64,000 nucleotides of DNA, taken from assembly GCA_024704765.1 (NCBI GenBank), contig JAKMXF010000300.1, positions 124,001 to 188,000 on the forward strand, read 5' to 3'. Origin of the DNA: Oopsacas minuta (lineage: Eukaryota > Animalia > Porifera). How positions within the stretch are numbered: the stretch's first letter is position 1; each line of letters starts with the position of its first letter. Position numbers and translations under genes: made by a program. Under the pieces are notes generated by a model. The model was given only the letters and a program-made list of their open reading frames with translations, was not told the DNA's origin and made no database searches. Below, piece after piece: positions 21,801 to 31,236 of this stretch.

Positions 21801-22546
21801 ATCGATATTTGCCAAACCTTCCTATAACTATTGATTTGTATTCATAGCTTAATATTTGTATTATTTTAACAGTCAATCGGTATTTCAGTTGAATTCGTAT
21901 CACATATTGTACGCTGGTTTGCATACTCAGATGCTCCCACACGCAAAGAGAGAGCTCATGACGCTCTTGTTAACATGGGATCTTCAGTATTCAGTGGTAT
22001 TACATTAACCAAATTATTTGGTATTCTTGTTCTCGCATTCTCAAAGTCACAATTATTTGAAGTGAGTTTATTGTGTTATGGGTGTGATATTCCAGTTGTT
22101 TATAAACTATTGTTTATTAGGTATTTTATTTCCGGATGTATTTGGGTATTGTTGTTATTGGAGCTACTCATGGACTTGTATTTCTACCAGTTCTCCTCAG
22201 CTATATTGGTATGTTGTTTTGTTGTTGATTAAAGTGATTATTTCCTCCTGTGTAATGAAATTTATTAATTTCACTCCGCTTACAACAAATGAAACCGAGA
22301 TCCTGTGTACTTCTTTGTAATGTGAGTTTACTGTAATTGTGATTACAACGGAAATAATATTGTAGTCGTAGTGTAATTACATTAACATCCGCTTTCTCGA
22401 ACCCTCTGCAATAGAAATTGCTGGTTGCTCGTCATTCTGAGATATCTGTAGTTATTGTCTTATGTTATGCAGGTCCTAGAAGAGCGAAAAACAACCCTCT
22501 AGCAATGAAAGAATCTGGAGTAGACGATGGACTCCATTATGCATAA
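9822..22546 (+). CDS. NPC1: NPC intracellular cholesterol transporter 1, 25 exons: 9822-9878, 9936-10409, 10571-11425, 11484-11710, 11810-11907, 12945-13059, 13131-13206, 13273-13413, 13528-13710, 13982-14099, 14186-14265, 14342-14389, 14451-14642, 14696-14785, 14842-14958, 15366-15439, 15509-15627, 17005-17137, 20764-20819, 20887-21022, 21241-21314, 21378-21535, 21873-22061, 22121-22208, 22473-22546; ~1323 aa
   Basis: All GT-AG and in frame (3972 nt). Signal peptide, Cys-rich NTD ([15 protein letters not shown]), [15 protein letters not shown], sterol-sensing domain ([19 protein letters not shown]), [53 protein letters not shown]. Confidence 0.95.
10421..10522. mobile_element. MITE family A copy (internally deleted) in NPC1 intron 2
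   Basis: ta|caatcaactcccattatttcgaa ... tcgatataacggaagttgactg|ta. Confidence 0.8.
11930..12040. mobile_element. MITE family B copy in NPC1 intron 5
   Basis: ta|cagtagaactcggttagtacg...ttttctccaaaacggata...attcggataa aligns by eye with the reverse complement of 58409-58545. Confidence 0.65.
15133..15291. mobile_element. MITE family A copy in NPC1 intron 15
   Basis: ta|cattcagctcccgttatatcgaactcaagagacc ... gtgttcgatataactggagttgactg. Confidence 0.85.
15807..16571 (+). CDS. DUF1295 / steroid 5-alpha-reductase-like membrane protein, intronless, nested same-strand in NPC1 intron 17
   Basis: 254-aa ORF with family motifs [66 protein letters not shown]. Confidence 0.9.
   Translation: MGGVYSKTLGISLLVQFVSFIFAAILKTDKFYDLVGSLTTIGIVLLNYLTGTKSWQQKVQTGIILAWAIRLGSYLFTRTLIAGDWRLDKVKRKPLMFLMYWTLQGLWIFNNLLPTLSMQDHAIIPLSSNRELIGWGVAGVGLLLEGITDIQKFIFRMKTENSEKWLDKGIYSIIRYPNYLGEILYWFGLFISASSSFTTKREYLNLLSPLFTILLLTRISGIPMLETRNYHRFRENPEYTSHVKNTNLLIPYLY
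17468..18589 (+). CDS. Uncharacterised multi-pass (~7TM) membrane protein, paralog 1, nested same-strand in NPC1 intron 18
   Basis: 373-aa intronless ORF with ~7 hydrophobic segments by eye; colinear with the 19314 ORF ([44 protein letters not shown]). Confidence 0.85.
   Translation: MHIDTLSLVYMVLYGMFSFPSFFLFWTWIGFLTNRIFHYRSAYNKLVSKLSYPAEFNINVFNMRVKFIVYILLLLIIFSEMLCALGYLLGMSMFNSPIVSATEDRLFPLNFTKIQCTTQYEYIWQAELAYPLLAFLMCLGDVSICITFILMIGLIKFVFLAYQCKTDFKSVKVFFIKALCVPPFLLLISTIPQTQIFSKILTPIFCIILIILLFKHKNQYFLILKWRCGDAFYIRNYANYISQVKTRRNSIISFHLFLMAYFLFFIALIFDRTIAFICMVFTEQSRRVTAVYYSDLNLAFLDCHYQRIFYKIQEIGALIQPGCLLVAGIIYIIPFYAVMFGVLGYYLYSQCRGVDSRYIRFGGNSHLYHPLRN
19314..20417 (+). CDS. Uncharacterised multi-pass (~7TM) membrane protein, paralog 2, nested same-strand in NPC1 intron 18
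   Basis: 367-aa intronless ORF with the same motifs as the 17468 ORF. Confidence 0.85.
   Translation: MDFETDQIFVFVFTFVLTILLIPVTIFWVVFVSIRLFIYVRSYRKLNSNIYRDTAELPITIFNLKIKIVIYSFFIFLIFFEFVAVISHISGMVLLFFPLHFGLGFPEIIPTNCTFNYYELWQGEFSNRSIALCISLRDASLCIICILIIGILKFIYVAYQNKTDFKSVKVYLVKCSILPPILIILSIFPQTLIITKIGTPLLIIILLRQLLKHKKSYFLVLKWRCDDIRNQGDNKGYIYSMKIRQNSIITFNLFVLAYSILYIFIILNKSASLCVMLFTDQSRYLTAVYHSDSNLSFLGCKYQKIIYAFHYILDQIEPTAVLIAFIIYMILYFGVTIGYIGVSLYTHCKSVDTNYIRFDGNAREICK
21060..21210. mobile_element. MITE family D copy in NPC1 intron 20
   Basis: 16-bp perfect IR GTGAAACCTCCACAAA (21062-21077) / TTTGTGGAGGTTTCAC (21193-21208), ending ...CACTG|TA. Confidence 0.8.
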
Positions 22547-22828
22547 TCTATTTACATTCGCATGTACTATGTAATCTTTTTATTTACTGATAATATTTGT
22601 ACACATTATTCGTTTAGACCTACTTGTACTATCTTTTTGTTGGACTTTTTGTTCAATGTATTGATCCTTGTAACATATTTACATATCACACCTCAATTAT
22701 TAACTGCTATGACTTTTGCTTGAATATTTATTATAGTAACTCACATACTTACCAACGGAAATTTATAGAATTTTAGACATATTCAGGGATTCCAAGAAAT
22801 GTATCCAAATAGGTTCAAAGGGTTGGTA

Positions 22829-22972
22829 AGTATGGACTCGGATAAGACGTCTCTTCGTGGAACTAAATTATTGTCATAATGTGTATATCTTTTTCCGAAT
22901 AAGATTTGTATCAAATGAATGGGAAAACTTTGGCTTGTGAGAAGAAGTAAAACTGACTTATCTGAGTACTAT
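22829..22972. mobile_element. Degenerate MITE (family E), similar to 35500-35605
   Basis: Shared core aaatgaatgggaa...tgtgag and TIR-like ends ctcggataagac / gacttatctgag. Confidence 0.45.
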
Positions 22973-23040
22973 TTTTATACTCATCTAAGTATTGTGATTA
23001 TTAGATATTCTTCCATAAAGTTAGATTATTAGTAGAGCTT

Positions 23041-25680
23041 ATGTTACAATTCGCCGATTATTTCTTCACACTTTTGAGCTGGACTTATTTTACAAATTCT
23101 GTATCATGTTCTTTTGCTTGTTCCTCAAACTGTACTGTTCTGCCATTGAATGGTAAATGGCTTATCTCTACCAACAATAATACAATTTCTCTACAAGGCA
23201 TAGTCCCTGGTCAAATACACCTTGATTTGCTCAAAGAGAAATTAATCCCAGATCCATATGTTGGTTTTAATGATGATAAACTATCTTGGATACCACTTGA
23301 AGATAAATGGGTTTCCAAACGTAATTTTACTGTAGATTCTAAATTCAAGAAATATGAAAAAGTTTTAATATATTTTGAAGGAATTGATACAATTGCTAGC
23401 GTATTCTTACAAAATGCAGGAATAAAACAGTTCCTATTCAATGCTTCAAATCAACACAGACAATACGTTTATGACGTCACAAACTATATCGTATTAGGGG
23501 ATAATACTCTGATTGTTGAATTACTTAGTGCGGCGAAACTATCACATAAATACGCACTTGAATATCCATATCATGTTGATCAACAATTCACCTATTTTGA
23601 AGGGACTAATAGGAATTTTGTACGTAAGGCACAGTCTGATTTCGGATGGGATTGGGGCCCTGCTTTCGCTCCTGTTGGTATCTGGAAAGATGTTTACATG
23701 GTCGGATTTGATGAGTTCATGATATCTAACTTTGTACCTATTGTGTATTGGAATGATACATACGACTGTTTTGAAGTTAAAATCACAGTGTATATTTCTT
23801 GCACACACAGTTTTAATGGAAAACTTATAGCCGAAATTAAGCATGTTCTGACACATCCCACAGGTATATCTTGTAGCCAAGGAGATTGTGAGGTTGTTAC
23901 GAGCCTATTGGTACCTGTCAACAAAGTGTCACTCTGGTGGCCTAGCGGATATGGAGAACAACAACTCTACGATATTAGCGTTGAAGTATTTGGTGAAAAT
24001 AGATTGAATGCTCATATTATGAAGTGTATTGGTTTCCGTAAGGTAGAACTTATCCAGGAGAAATATCCTGGAGAAGAAGGATTGAGTTTTTATTTTAAAA
24101 TCAATAATTTGTCGATATTCATAAAAGGATCAAATTGGATACCAGCTGATGCTTTTACTGGGCGTGTTACTGCGGAACAAATCGACCGTATATTGACATC
24201 AGCTGTTCTGTCTCATCAGAATATGGTACGAGTTTGGGGTGGTGGTATTTACCAACAAGATGAGTTCTATCAACTATGCAACCGAAAGGGTATTTTGGTA
24301 TGGCAGGAATTCATGTTTGCTTGCTCACTGTATCCTAGAGACGCAATATTCCTCGAGAATGTACATCAAGAGATAAAATTTCAAGTTAGAAGACTTGCAC
24401 ATAATCCTTCCCTAATCCTGTGGAGTGGAAATAACGAGAATCAAGATACAGCTGTCCAGGCAGGCCCCGCAGCGACTGTAGACTACACGTCACTTTATGA
24501 TGACGTCATAAGAAGTACTCTATATCAAGAGGATAATTCTAGGCCTTTCTGGCCGTCTAGTCCTTCTAATGGAGATTTTGTTGTAGATAGAACACGTCAA
24601 CTTTTTGTTCAGAGATGGGGTGATTCACAGAATAATAATTATGGTGATATCCACCGCTATGATTATAATAGCTTATGTACTGATATAAGCAAATATCCAA
24701 GACCTAGATTCATCAGTGAATTCGGGTTTCAGAGCTATCCTTCTATGCTATCACTTCAAAACGTTATCAATGATGTATCTGATCTTGATAATAAATCTCC
24801 ATTCATGTTACATAGACAACATCATCCTAATGGTAATGCTCAATTAGAAACACAAATACAAATGCATTTTATATTACCAGAAAATACGAATAGAATTACA
24901 AGATTTTCTAACTTTATTTTCCTAACACAAATTGTACAAGGTATTTGTATGCAGTCTCAAACGGAACATTATCGTCGTATACGAAATGAGACAGGTCATA
25001 CAATGGGTACACTGTATTGGCAGCTTAATGACATTTGGCAGGCACCAAGTTGGTCTTCTATAGAATATAATGGGAGATGGAAAGTATTGCATTATATGGT
25101 AAAGCGATTTTACTGCCCTATACTGATATCAGGGTATTATATAGATAATACATTGTACGTATATGTTATTAACGATGCGAATAGAGATATTAACATCTAT
25201 GCTAATGTGTATCTTACTCGTTGGAATGGTAAAGTTGTTGATGTGATGAATAATAGTAGCAAAATACAGTCATACTCTTCTATATTGGTGCTTAATGTAA
25301 CTGGAGATTTTGATAAGTGTGGAAGTATCATAGATTGTTATTTTTATATGGAATTGTTTGATGAAGAATTAAAGGAAGTTCTGAGTACAAATTATTATTT
25401 TCCTGTTTCATTTAAGGAAGTTTCATTACCAAAAGCTGAGGTTAAGATTCAAGATTGTTACCGAAAGAATAATAATCAATTTACTATTACTATTTCTTCT
25501 GATGCATTAGCTTTGTACGTATTTCTTGAGACGAAATATTCAGGATATTTTAGTGATAATGCTTTCATAATGAAGTCTGGTACAATTGTTATTGAATTCT
25601 ATTCTTGGACAGAGATTAAGAAGAATGTTTGTCAGTCTATTTCTATCAAATCTATTTCAAATATTTATTCTGAAGAATGA
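23041..25680 (+). CDS. MANBA: Lysosomal beta-mannosidase (GH2), intronless, 879 aa
   Basis: RKAQSDFGWDWGP, KGSNWIPAD, RVWGGG, WQEFMFAC, acid/base WSGNNEN, nucleophile FISEFGFQS, LYWQLNDIWQAPSWSSIEY. Confidence 0.95.
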   Translation: MLQFADYFFTLLSWTYFTNSVSCSFACSSNCTVLPLNGKWLISTNNNTISLQGIVPGQIHLDLLKEKLIPDPYVGFNDDKLSWIPLEDKWVSKRNFTVDSKFKKYEKVLIYFEGIDTIASVFLQNAGIKQFLFNASNQHRQYVYDVTNYIVLGDNTLIVELLSAAKLSHKYALEYPYHVDQQFTYFEGTNRNFVRKAQSDFGWDWGPAFAPVGIWKDVYMVGFDEFMISNFVPIVYWNDTYDCFEVKITVYISCTHSFNGKLIAEIKHVLTHPTGISCSQGDCEVVTSLLVPVNKVSLWWPSGYGEQQLYDISVEVFGENRLNAHIMKCIGFRKVELIQEKYPGEEGLSFYFKINNLSIFIKGSNWIPADAFTGRVTAEQIDRILTSAVLSHQNMVRVWGGGIYQQDEFYQLCNRKGILVWQEFMFACSLYPRDAIFLENVHQEIKFQVRRLAHNPSLILWSGNNENQDTAVQAGPAATVDYTSLYDDVIRSTLYQEDNSRPFWPSSPSNGDFVVDRTRQLFVQRWGDSQNNNYGDIHRYDYNSLCTDISKYPRPRFISEFGFQSYPSMLSLQNVINDVSDLDNKSPFMLHRQHHPNGNAQLETQIQMHFILPENTNRITRFSNFIFLTQIVQGICMQSQTEHYRRIRNETGHTMGTLYWQLNDIWQAPSWSSIEYNGRWKVLHYMVKRFYCPILISGYYIDNTLYVYVINDANRDINIYANVYLTRWNGKVVDVMNNSSKIQSYSSILVLNVTGDFDKCGSIIDCYFYMELFDEELKEVLSTNYYFPVSFKEVSLPKAEVKIQDCYRKNNNQFTITISSDALALYVFLETKYSGYFSDNAFIMKSGTIVIEFYSWTEIKKNVCQSISIKSISNIYSEE

Positions 25681-25916
25681 TTGTATTCGAAAATATGCCG
25701 ATAACCTGTATTAGTATTTCAACCTATATTGCTTTATATATTGGATTATCTCCTTTGTTTGAATTCGAATATCTTTAATTAGATTTGTCATTCCTTCACT
25801 CTTTCTCTTAATTATTTATTTCATATCCATGGTACTCTGTATAGTCACTGCTTCTGGCCTAATATATTCGTATTAATCCATACCAAAATTCAGGAGAGGA
25901 ATTATAGAAGCATGTC

Positions 25917-26050
25917 CAAGGGTGTATTTAGTATTTCTGGGCTGTCACTATTCTTGCAGGGACTCTACTGGGATGGTCTAGACTGTGTGTCCTTCATAGC
26001 TGCCGAACTGGTACTTTTAGGTGCCCACCAAGCACCTAGATAAACCCCCG
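25917..26050. mobile_element. hAT-type MITE with 8-bp TSD
   Basis: TSD AGCATGTC / AGCGTGTC (1 mismatch); TIR CAAGGGTGTATTTAG versus rc CGGGGGTTTATCTAG; the 3' ~75 bp is homologous to 39628-39739. Confidence 0.8.
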
Positions 26051-26114
26051 AGCGTGTCTCCTAATATTTTTTAACTCACTAATAAACATCTACCCATTAC
26101 AGGTTATTATTAGG

Positions 26115-27800
26115 ATGGCCTCTTTTAGACCTCTCTGTAAATATGGTAGCAATTGTTATAGAAAGAACCCAGCACATTTTGTTGAATTCTCTCATTCAGA
26201 TGAAGTTGAAACATTTACAAAACGAAATAGCGTTGAGTTGGAGATAGATAAATCTAACCCAAAAAAAGTTAGAAATAATGATTCTACAAATAATTTAGAT
26301 GTAGCTAAATCTCCAGAATTTGAACTTTACTATTCGAGTTCATCAGATAATTCTGTCTCTCCCAAACATAAAATCGCGACAATTGATTCCTCTGTGACAG
26401 ATACGGAAACAGACTTATCCATAGTCCAAAAACCTCTAATTAGAGAAGATTCATTCGTGGATTCCGCGTACCAAGATTCGAAAAGTCACACTTTTATGTT
26501 TACAACCGTCAATGGTATAAATCCAGAATTCAATGAATATCCGTTAGCTGTTTCATTAGAACAAATTTTATCACAAAACTTTGGTGATATAAATGCATTA
26601 ATACTATTCAGCTATATGGTAGATATAGATTGGCTACTGGAACAACTCCCAAAGTCAAAACTTAATATCCCAATTCTTATTGTTGTCAAATTCGATAAAG
26701 GACTTCTTAAAAGTTTTCAGGAACAATTCCTCGCTTTCCCAAATATTAAATTTTTCTCTCCTAACCTCCCAATACCGTATGGAACACATCATACTAAAAT
26801 GCTGCTTATATTTTATCCAGATGGGATGCGTGTTGTGATTACGACTGCTAATTTTATACCAGTTGATTGGTCTCAGAAAACACAGGGAGTTTGGATAAGT
26901 CCACATTTTCCTATGGGAGAAAGCAAGGTTGAATCACTGTCTCCTTTCCAAATGGATTTAATTGAATATCTACAGGCATATCAAGCTAAAGTATTCGATT
27001 TCTCAATTGAAAAGATTCTGAAACATGAAATGCAAAATATCACAGTTAGATTGATCGCTTCTATTCCAGGCTATCATAAAGGTAGTGAGCTACAGAAATG
27101 GGGGCATTTGAAAATGAAAAGAGTTTTACAACAAATTAAATCAAAAGAAGTGAAAAGTGATTGGCCGTTAATAGCCCAGTTTTCTAGTATTGGATCTTTA
27201 GGAAAATCTCCAGAATGGTTAGAAAGTGAATGGAAACAAAGTTTTACCCATTCTTCATCTCATACTCCATTATCCATAGTGTTTCCTACTGTAGAGAACG
27301 TAAGAACTAGTTTAGAAGGTTATAGCGCAGGAAAATCGATTCCTTACAACTCAAAAACTTGCAAAAATCAACTATATTTAAATAGATATCTACACCAATG
27401 GAACAGTAGTCGCTACGGGAGATCTCGCGCTTCTCCACACATTAAAACATACATGCGATGTTCACCTGATTGTTCCTCGCTAGCTTGGTTATTACTCACG
27501 TCTGCTAACCTGTCAAAAGCCGCGTGGGGTACTCTACAGAAGGACGACTCTCAGTTTATGATTCGATCCTACGAACTAGGGGTATTATTCCTACCACAGG
27601 ATCAGGTCACGCCTCTAGAATCTTACCCCGTATCAGAACCAAGTGATGATATTTCGCTATACTATGCCAGGAGAGATAGTGTATTGATTCCTATTGACTT
27701 ACCGCTAGTTGATTATCAAAAGACTGATGAACCATGGATTGTCGATTTCTCTTATTCAAAGCCTGATACACATGGTAGGAAATATCCATATAGCATGTAA
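26115..27800 (+). CDS. TDP1: Tyrosyl-DNA phosphodiesterase 1 with an N-terminal PBZ-type zinc finger, intronless, 561 aa
   Basis: Two HKN motifs (GTHHTKM...TANF; PHIKTY...SANLSKAAWG), SYELGVLF; N-terminal CKYGSNCYRKNPAHFVEFSH = C-x5-C-x6-H-x5-H. Confidence 0.95.
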   Translation: MASFRPLCKYGSNCYRKNPAHFVEFSHSDEVETFTKRNSVELEIDKSNPKKVRNNDSTNNLDVAKSPEFELYYSSSSDNSVSPKHKIATIDSSVTDTETDLSIVQKPLIREDSFVDSAYQDSKSHTFMFTTVNGINPEFNEYPLAVSLEQILSQNFGDINALILFSYMVDIDWLLEQLPKSKLNIPILIVVKFDKGLLKSFQEQFLAFPNIKFFSPNLPIPYGTHHTKMLLIFYPDGMRVVITTANFIPVDWSQKTQGVWISPHFPMGESKVESLSPFQMDLIEYLQAYQAKVFDFSIEKILKHEMQNITVRLIASIPGYHKGSELQKWGHLKMKRVLQQIKSKEVKSDWPLIAQFSSIGSLGKSPEWLESEWKQSFTHSSSHTPLSIVFPTVENVRTSLEGYSAGKSIPYNSKTCKNQLYLNRYLHQWNSSRYGRSRASPHIKTYMRCSPDCSSLAWLLLTSANLSKAAWGTLQKDDSQFMIRSYELGVLFLPQDQVTPLESYPVSEPSDDISLYYARRDSVLIPIDLPLVDYQKTDEPWIVDFSYSKPDTHGRKYPYSM

Positions 27801-27898
27801 GATATTGGATCAGTTATATTTTATTCCATGATTTGCTTGTAACTTTATTGATCAAAAATATAATTATCTGCGATTTCAATTTTATTTTGCATTTATTA

Positions 27899-28028
27899 CA
27901 GATAATTTCCGTTTTATCGTAGCTCAAGGAACCGCGATAATTACTTGGATATATGTAGAGTTCAATATGACCGATGAAATATGTTATGGTTGGGGACCAT
28001 ATTTGTACAAAAAGGCTTCAGTTGACTG
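27899..28028. mobile_element. MITE family A copy (degenerate)
   Basis: ta|cagataatttccgttttatcgtagctcaagg ... ggggaccatatttgtaca ... gttgactg|ta. Confidence 0.7.
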
Positions 28029-28092
28029 TATTTTCATTGTAGTTAGGTAAATCTTGGGGTAATATCCAATCTTATGATTTTATAGATTTAGC

Positions 28093-29556
28093 ATGTCAGA
28101 AGATTGTTTGTTTTCAGATCCTCAACCTCGAGACTTAAGACTTATTCACTTCCAGAGAGCTGCAATCAAAACATTCGGTGAACTACAAAACTTGACATAC
28201 ATTCATGACATTGACAGCTTCAAATCTAACCAAAATGTAAATCCCTTAGCAACCGAAATTACACCTGGGAATCCACTTCTGAACCAAAAATTAACTTTCT
28301 CCAGTCCGATACCTAAAGGTTTACCCCATGGTAATTCGATGATATCAACTCAGATATCTCATCAGAAGCCTAGTGAGGTATCAGAATTTCTCAAAAATAG
28401 ATTAGGCCTTAGAGAAAAGATGGATGAAAGTACTGAGTCAATAACCCGGAAATTCATAGCTAATAAAAAACCAAATGCATTAGAGACACGTTACTTATCA
28501 GCTTGTGATGCTAATAGTAATCAAAATCCAATCCAAGATCCTTATTCCAGGATGATTATGTTTTATAAGTATTTAATTTTCCATTTCGGGCAGAAACAAG
28601 TTGATATGATTAAAAATTTCTTTACAAATTACAAGCAAGCCCTTGGTGTTAGATTTCGCATTCTAGATTCCAAGAATCATGGTTATATCTTAACTGACGA
28701 AATGAGAAATATTTGTTTTCAATTCACGAATAATTATAACAAAGATGCTATCAGTGAAATAATAGATTTTGTGGAAGAAACTGGAAGGATTAATTATAAA
28801 TGTTTTTTGGTGAGTTCAGCCAATCTGCCCGATAAATTACTATATGGAAAAGATTCTAGATCTACTCGGCTTCCAGTTGACAGGATAATGACAACTGATC
28901 AAGTTATAAGACAGAAAAGAGAAGAATTTGACAAACTCATTGCTTTGTGTAAGTCAAAGAATGTTATATTATCAAAGGGGAAGTTTGAGAGAGCGTTATT
29001 GTTACCAGAAAATAAAACCATGGATGATATAATGGATCATTTCACAGGAATATCGTTAACACGACCTAGTTCAAAACCTGGTTACGAATACGGTGGTAGG
29101 AATTCATCTGATAGTGAGAGTGAGCATGGAGAATCCAATTGCATTATGACCTACTTAGCTAATAGACAGGATACAGCCAAGAAAGTAAATTTATCAACTG
29201 GTAGAATTACACTACGCTCAAAGGTCGATTGCTGGATTAACTTTAAAGATTATTTAAAAATTACAACTTTCAGTAGAAAACCATTGAATTATTACACTCG
29301 TTATCGTATACCTGACTGTAAAAGATATCTCGCGGAACCTAACGCTTTCTGGACAGGCTCAGAAGATAATCAATACTCTTACCTACCGAATAAACCGAGA
29401 TCTTTAAATCCTACTGATGTACACTTTAAGCGTATAGGCAGACAGTTTACTGGTCCTGGGAATAACGATATGAAACATGGTACTAGTTCTTGGCCTATTA
29501 ATACAGCTGGGTATATGCAGTATGGCAGTATTCCTGATAAGCAGTGCGCTCTGTAA
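28093..29556 (+). CDS. Uncharacterised EF-hand-like protein, resembling EFCAB12, intronless, 487 aa
   Basis: Long ORF with a pseudo-EF-hand FRILDSKNHGYILTDEM; ALLLPENK, CWINFKDY and NAFWTG recall EFCAB12 motifs from memory only. Confidence 0.55.
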   Translation: MSEDCLFSDPQPRDLRLIHFQRAAIKTFGELQNLTYIHDIDSFKSNQNVNPLATEITPGNPLLNQKLTFSSPIPKGLPHGNSMISTQISHQKPSEVSEFLKNRLGLREKMDESTESITRKFIANKKPNALETRYLSACDANSNQNPIQDPYSRMIMFYKYLIFHFGQKQVDMIKNFFTNYKQALGVRFRILDSKNHGYILTDEMRNICFQFTNNYNKDAISEIIDFVEETGRINYKCFLVSSANLPDKLLYGKDSRSTRLPVDRIMTTDQVIRQKREEFDKLIALCKSKNVILSKGKFERALLLPENKTMDDIMDHFTGISLTRPSSKPGYEYGGRNSSDSESEHGESNCIMTYLANRQDTAKKVNLSTGRITLRSKVDCWINFKDYLKITTFSRKPLNYYTRYRIPDCKRYLAEPNAFWTGSEDNQYSYLPNKPRSLNPTDVHFKRIGRQFTGPGNNDMKHGTSSWPINTAGYMQYGSIPDKQCAL

Positions 29557-29657
29557 CTATTTATGAACTCATCAACTATGTACACTTATACTCAATAAAA
29601 TGATTTCTATAATATCTATTATAATTCTTATACTGATTCGTTTAATATATTTTTAAG

Positions 29658-31079
29658 ATGAGTAAGAAGCGAATAACAAAACTCGCGAAATCTGTTCTGC
29701 CAAGAGGGACTATTCATTCTTTCTCAAAAGATGAGATTGATGACACAAGGGTGTCACTTTCCGCGTGGTACGAATCAAACAAGCGTTATATGCCTTGGAG
29801 AAATTATCTCAAGTCTAATCCAGATGCTACACCTAATCAACACGCGTATGCAGTTTGGGTATCAGAAATAATGTTACAACAAACACAAGTAACTACAGTA
29901 ATACCGTATTATATTAAATGGATGAATACATGGCCTAGTGTAGAGACATTAAGTCTAGCTGGTGATGAAAATGTCAGGGAAATATGGAGTGGTTTAGGGT
30001 ATTATAATCGAGCTAAGAACCTGCTAGCAGGTTCTAAAATTGTTGTAGATAAGTATAACGGTGAAATACCAAAATCTTCCAATGAATTACAGCTTATTCC
30101 TGGGATAGGTCCATACACTGCAGCTGCTATCTCTAGCATTGTATTTGGTGAAACAGTGGGTGTTGTAGATGGTAATGTGCTACGTGTTTTGACTAGACTA
30201 CGGTTAATCGGGGCTGAGGTAACTTCCAGTCGTATTAGGGGTGTAATACAAGAATTAGTTAATGTGTTAGTAGATTCTGATAATCCTGGAGATTTCAATC
30301 AGGCTCTTATGGAGCTAGGTGCACTAATGTGTACTCCTACTGCACCAGCATGTAGTACTTGTCCTCTACAGAATGTGTGTTTAGCTTATAGTGTGAAGAG
30401 AGACAGAGAAACACAGGGAAAATTATGTGAAGATTCTGTTAGAAATAGGGTTGTTAGAAATATACAGTTTCCATGTACGAAAGATTGCAATCTTTGTTTG
30501 GAGAAATGGGACGATGATACTGGAGTTATGAATTTTCCAAGAAAAGGGAAGAAAGCTGCAATGAAGGACGAATATTTCGTTGTTTGTGTTTGTGAAATTC
30601 AGAATAAATATTGTCTTGTTAAGCGATCGAGTGATGGGCTATTAGCTTTATTCTGGGAGTTCCCTTCTCTATCAGTGAATCATACTGACAGTCAAACAGA
30701 TAATTTAGAGAAAGAAGTTCTAAACGAGTTTCTGAATAGTTCTGTAACATTTAAAGATTGTATTCCAGAGTATAAAGGAAACATAACTCATGTATTCTCT
30801 CATTTATCACATACTTACTCTGTTTATCACACTAAAGCCAACCAAGTTGATGCTCGTAATGCATTTTGTTTGGAAAATACTTTTCCAGATCGTGAGTACA
30901 AATGGGTTAGTCTAGGAGAGTTTAATACTAGCGCGGTTTCTACTGGGATGAAGAAAGTTCTAAAACTTATTACAAATAAAGAGAAGAATCGCGGCAAGAA
31001 GAGAGAACTCGAATCAGCTGTTGGAATAGAGAGTAAACGGCAAGCAACACTTAAACATTTTCTTACAAACGAAATATAA
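29658..31079 (+). CDS. MUTYH: A/G-specific adenine DNA glycosylase, intronless, 473 aa
   Basis: VWVSEIMLQQTQV, WSGLGYYNRA, HhH PGIGPYTAAAI, VDGNVLRV, DFNQALMELGA, 4Fe-4S motif CTPTAPACSTCPLQNVC, NUDIX-like C-terminus. Confidence 0.95.
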   Translation: MSKKRITKLAKSVLPRGTIHSFSKDEIDDTRVSLSAWYESNKRYMPWRNYLKSNPDATPNQHAYAVWVSEIMLQQTQVTTVIPYYIKWMNTWPSVETLSLAGDENVREIWSGLGYYNRAKNLLAGSKIVVDKYNGEIPKSSNELQLIPGIGPYTAAAISSIVFGETVGVVDGNVLRVLTRLRLIGAEVTSSRIRGVIQELVNVLVDSDNPGDFNQALMELGALMCTPTAPACSTCPLQNVCLAYSVKRDRETQGKLCEDSVRNRVVRNIQFPCTKDCNLCLEKWDDDTGVMNFPRKGKKAAMKDEYFVVCVCEIQNKYCLVKRSSDGLLALFWEFPSLSVNHTDSQTDNLEKEVLNEFLNSSVTFKDCIPEYKGNITHVFSHLSHTYSVYHTKANQVDARNAFCLENTFPDREYKWVSLGEFNTSAVSTGMKKVLKLITNKEKNRGKKRELESAVGIESKRQATLKHFLTNEI

Positions 31080-31236
31080 TTTATTTTAGATTTTAACTCT
31101 TTACCTCATTTCAATTAATACGTACGTCATTTCCTAAACTAAAATTCTCTGAGACGGAAATATTGTACACAATTTTGATTTACACTTGATATGAATGTTT
31201 CTCTTATAGCTTTGAATAGGTGGATAGGGAGATAAA

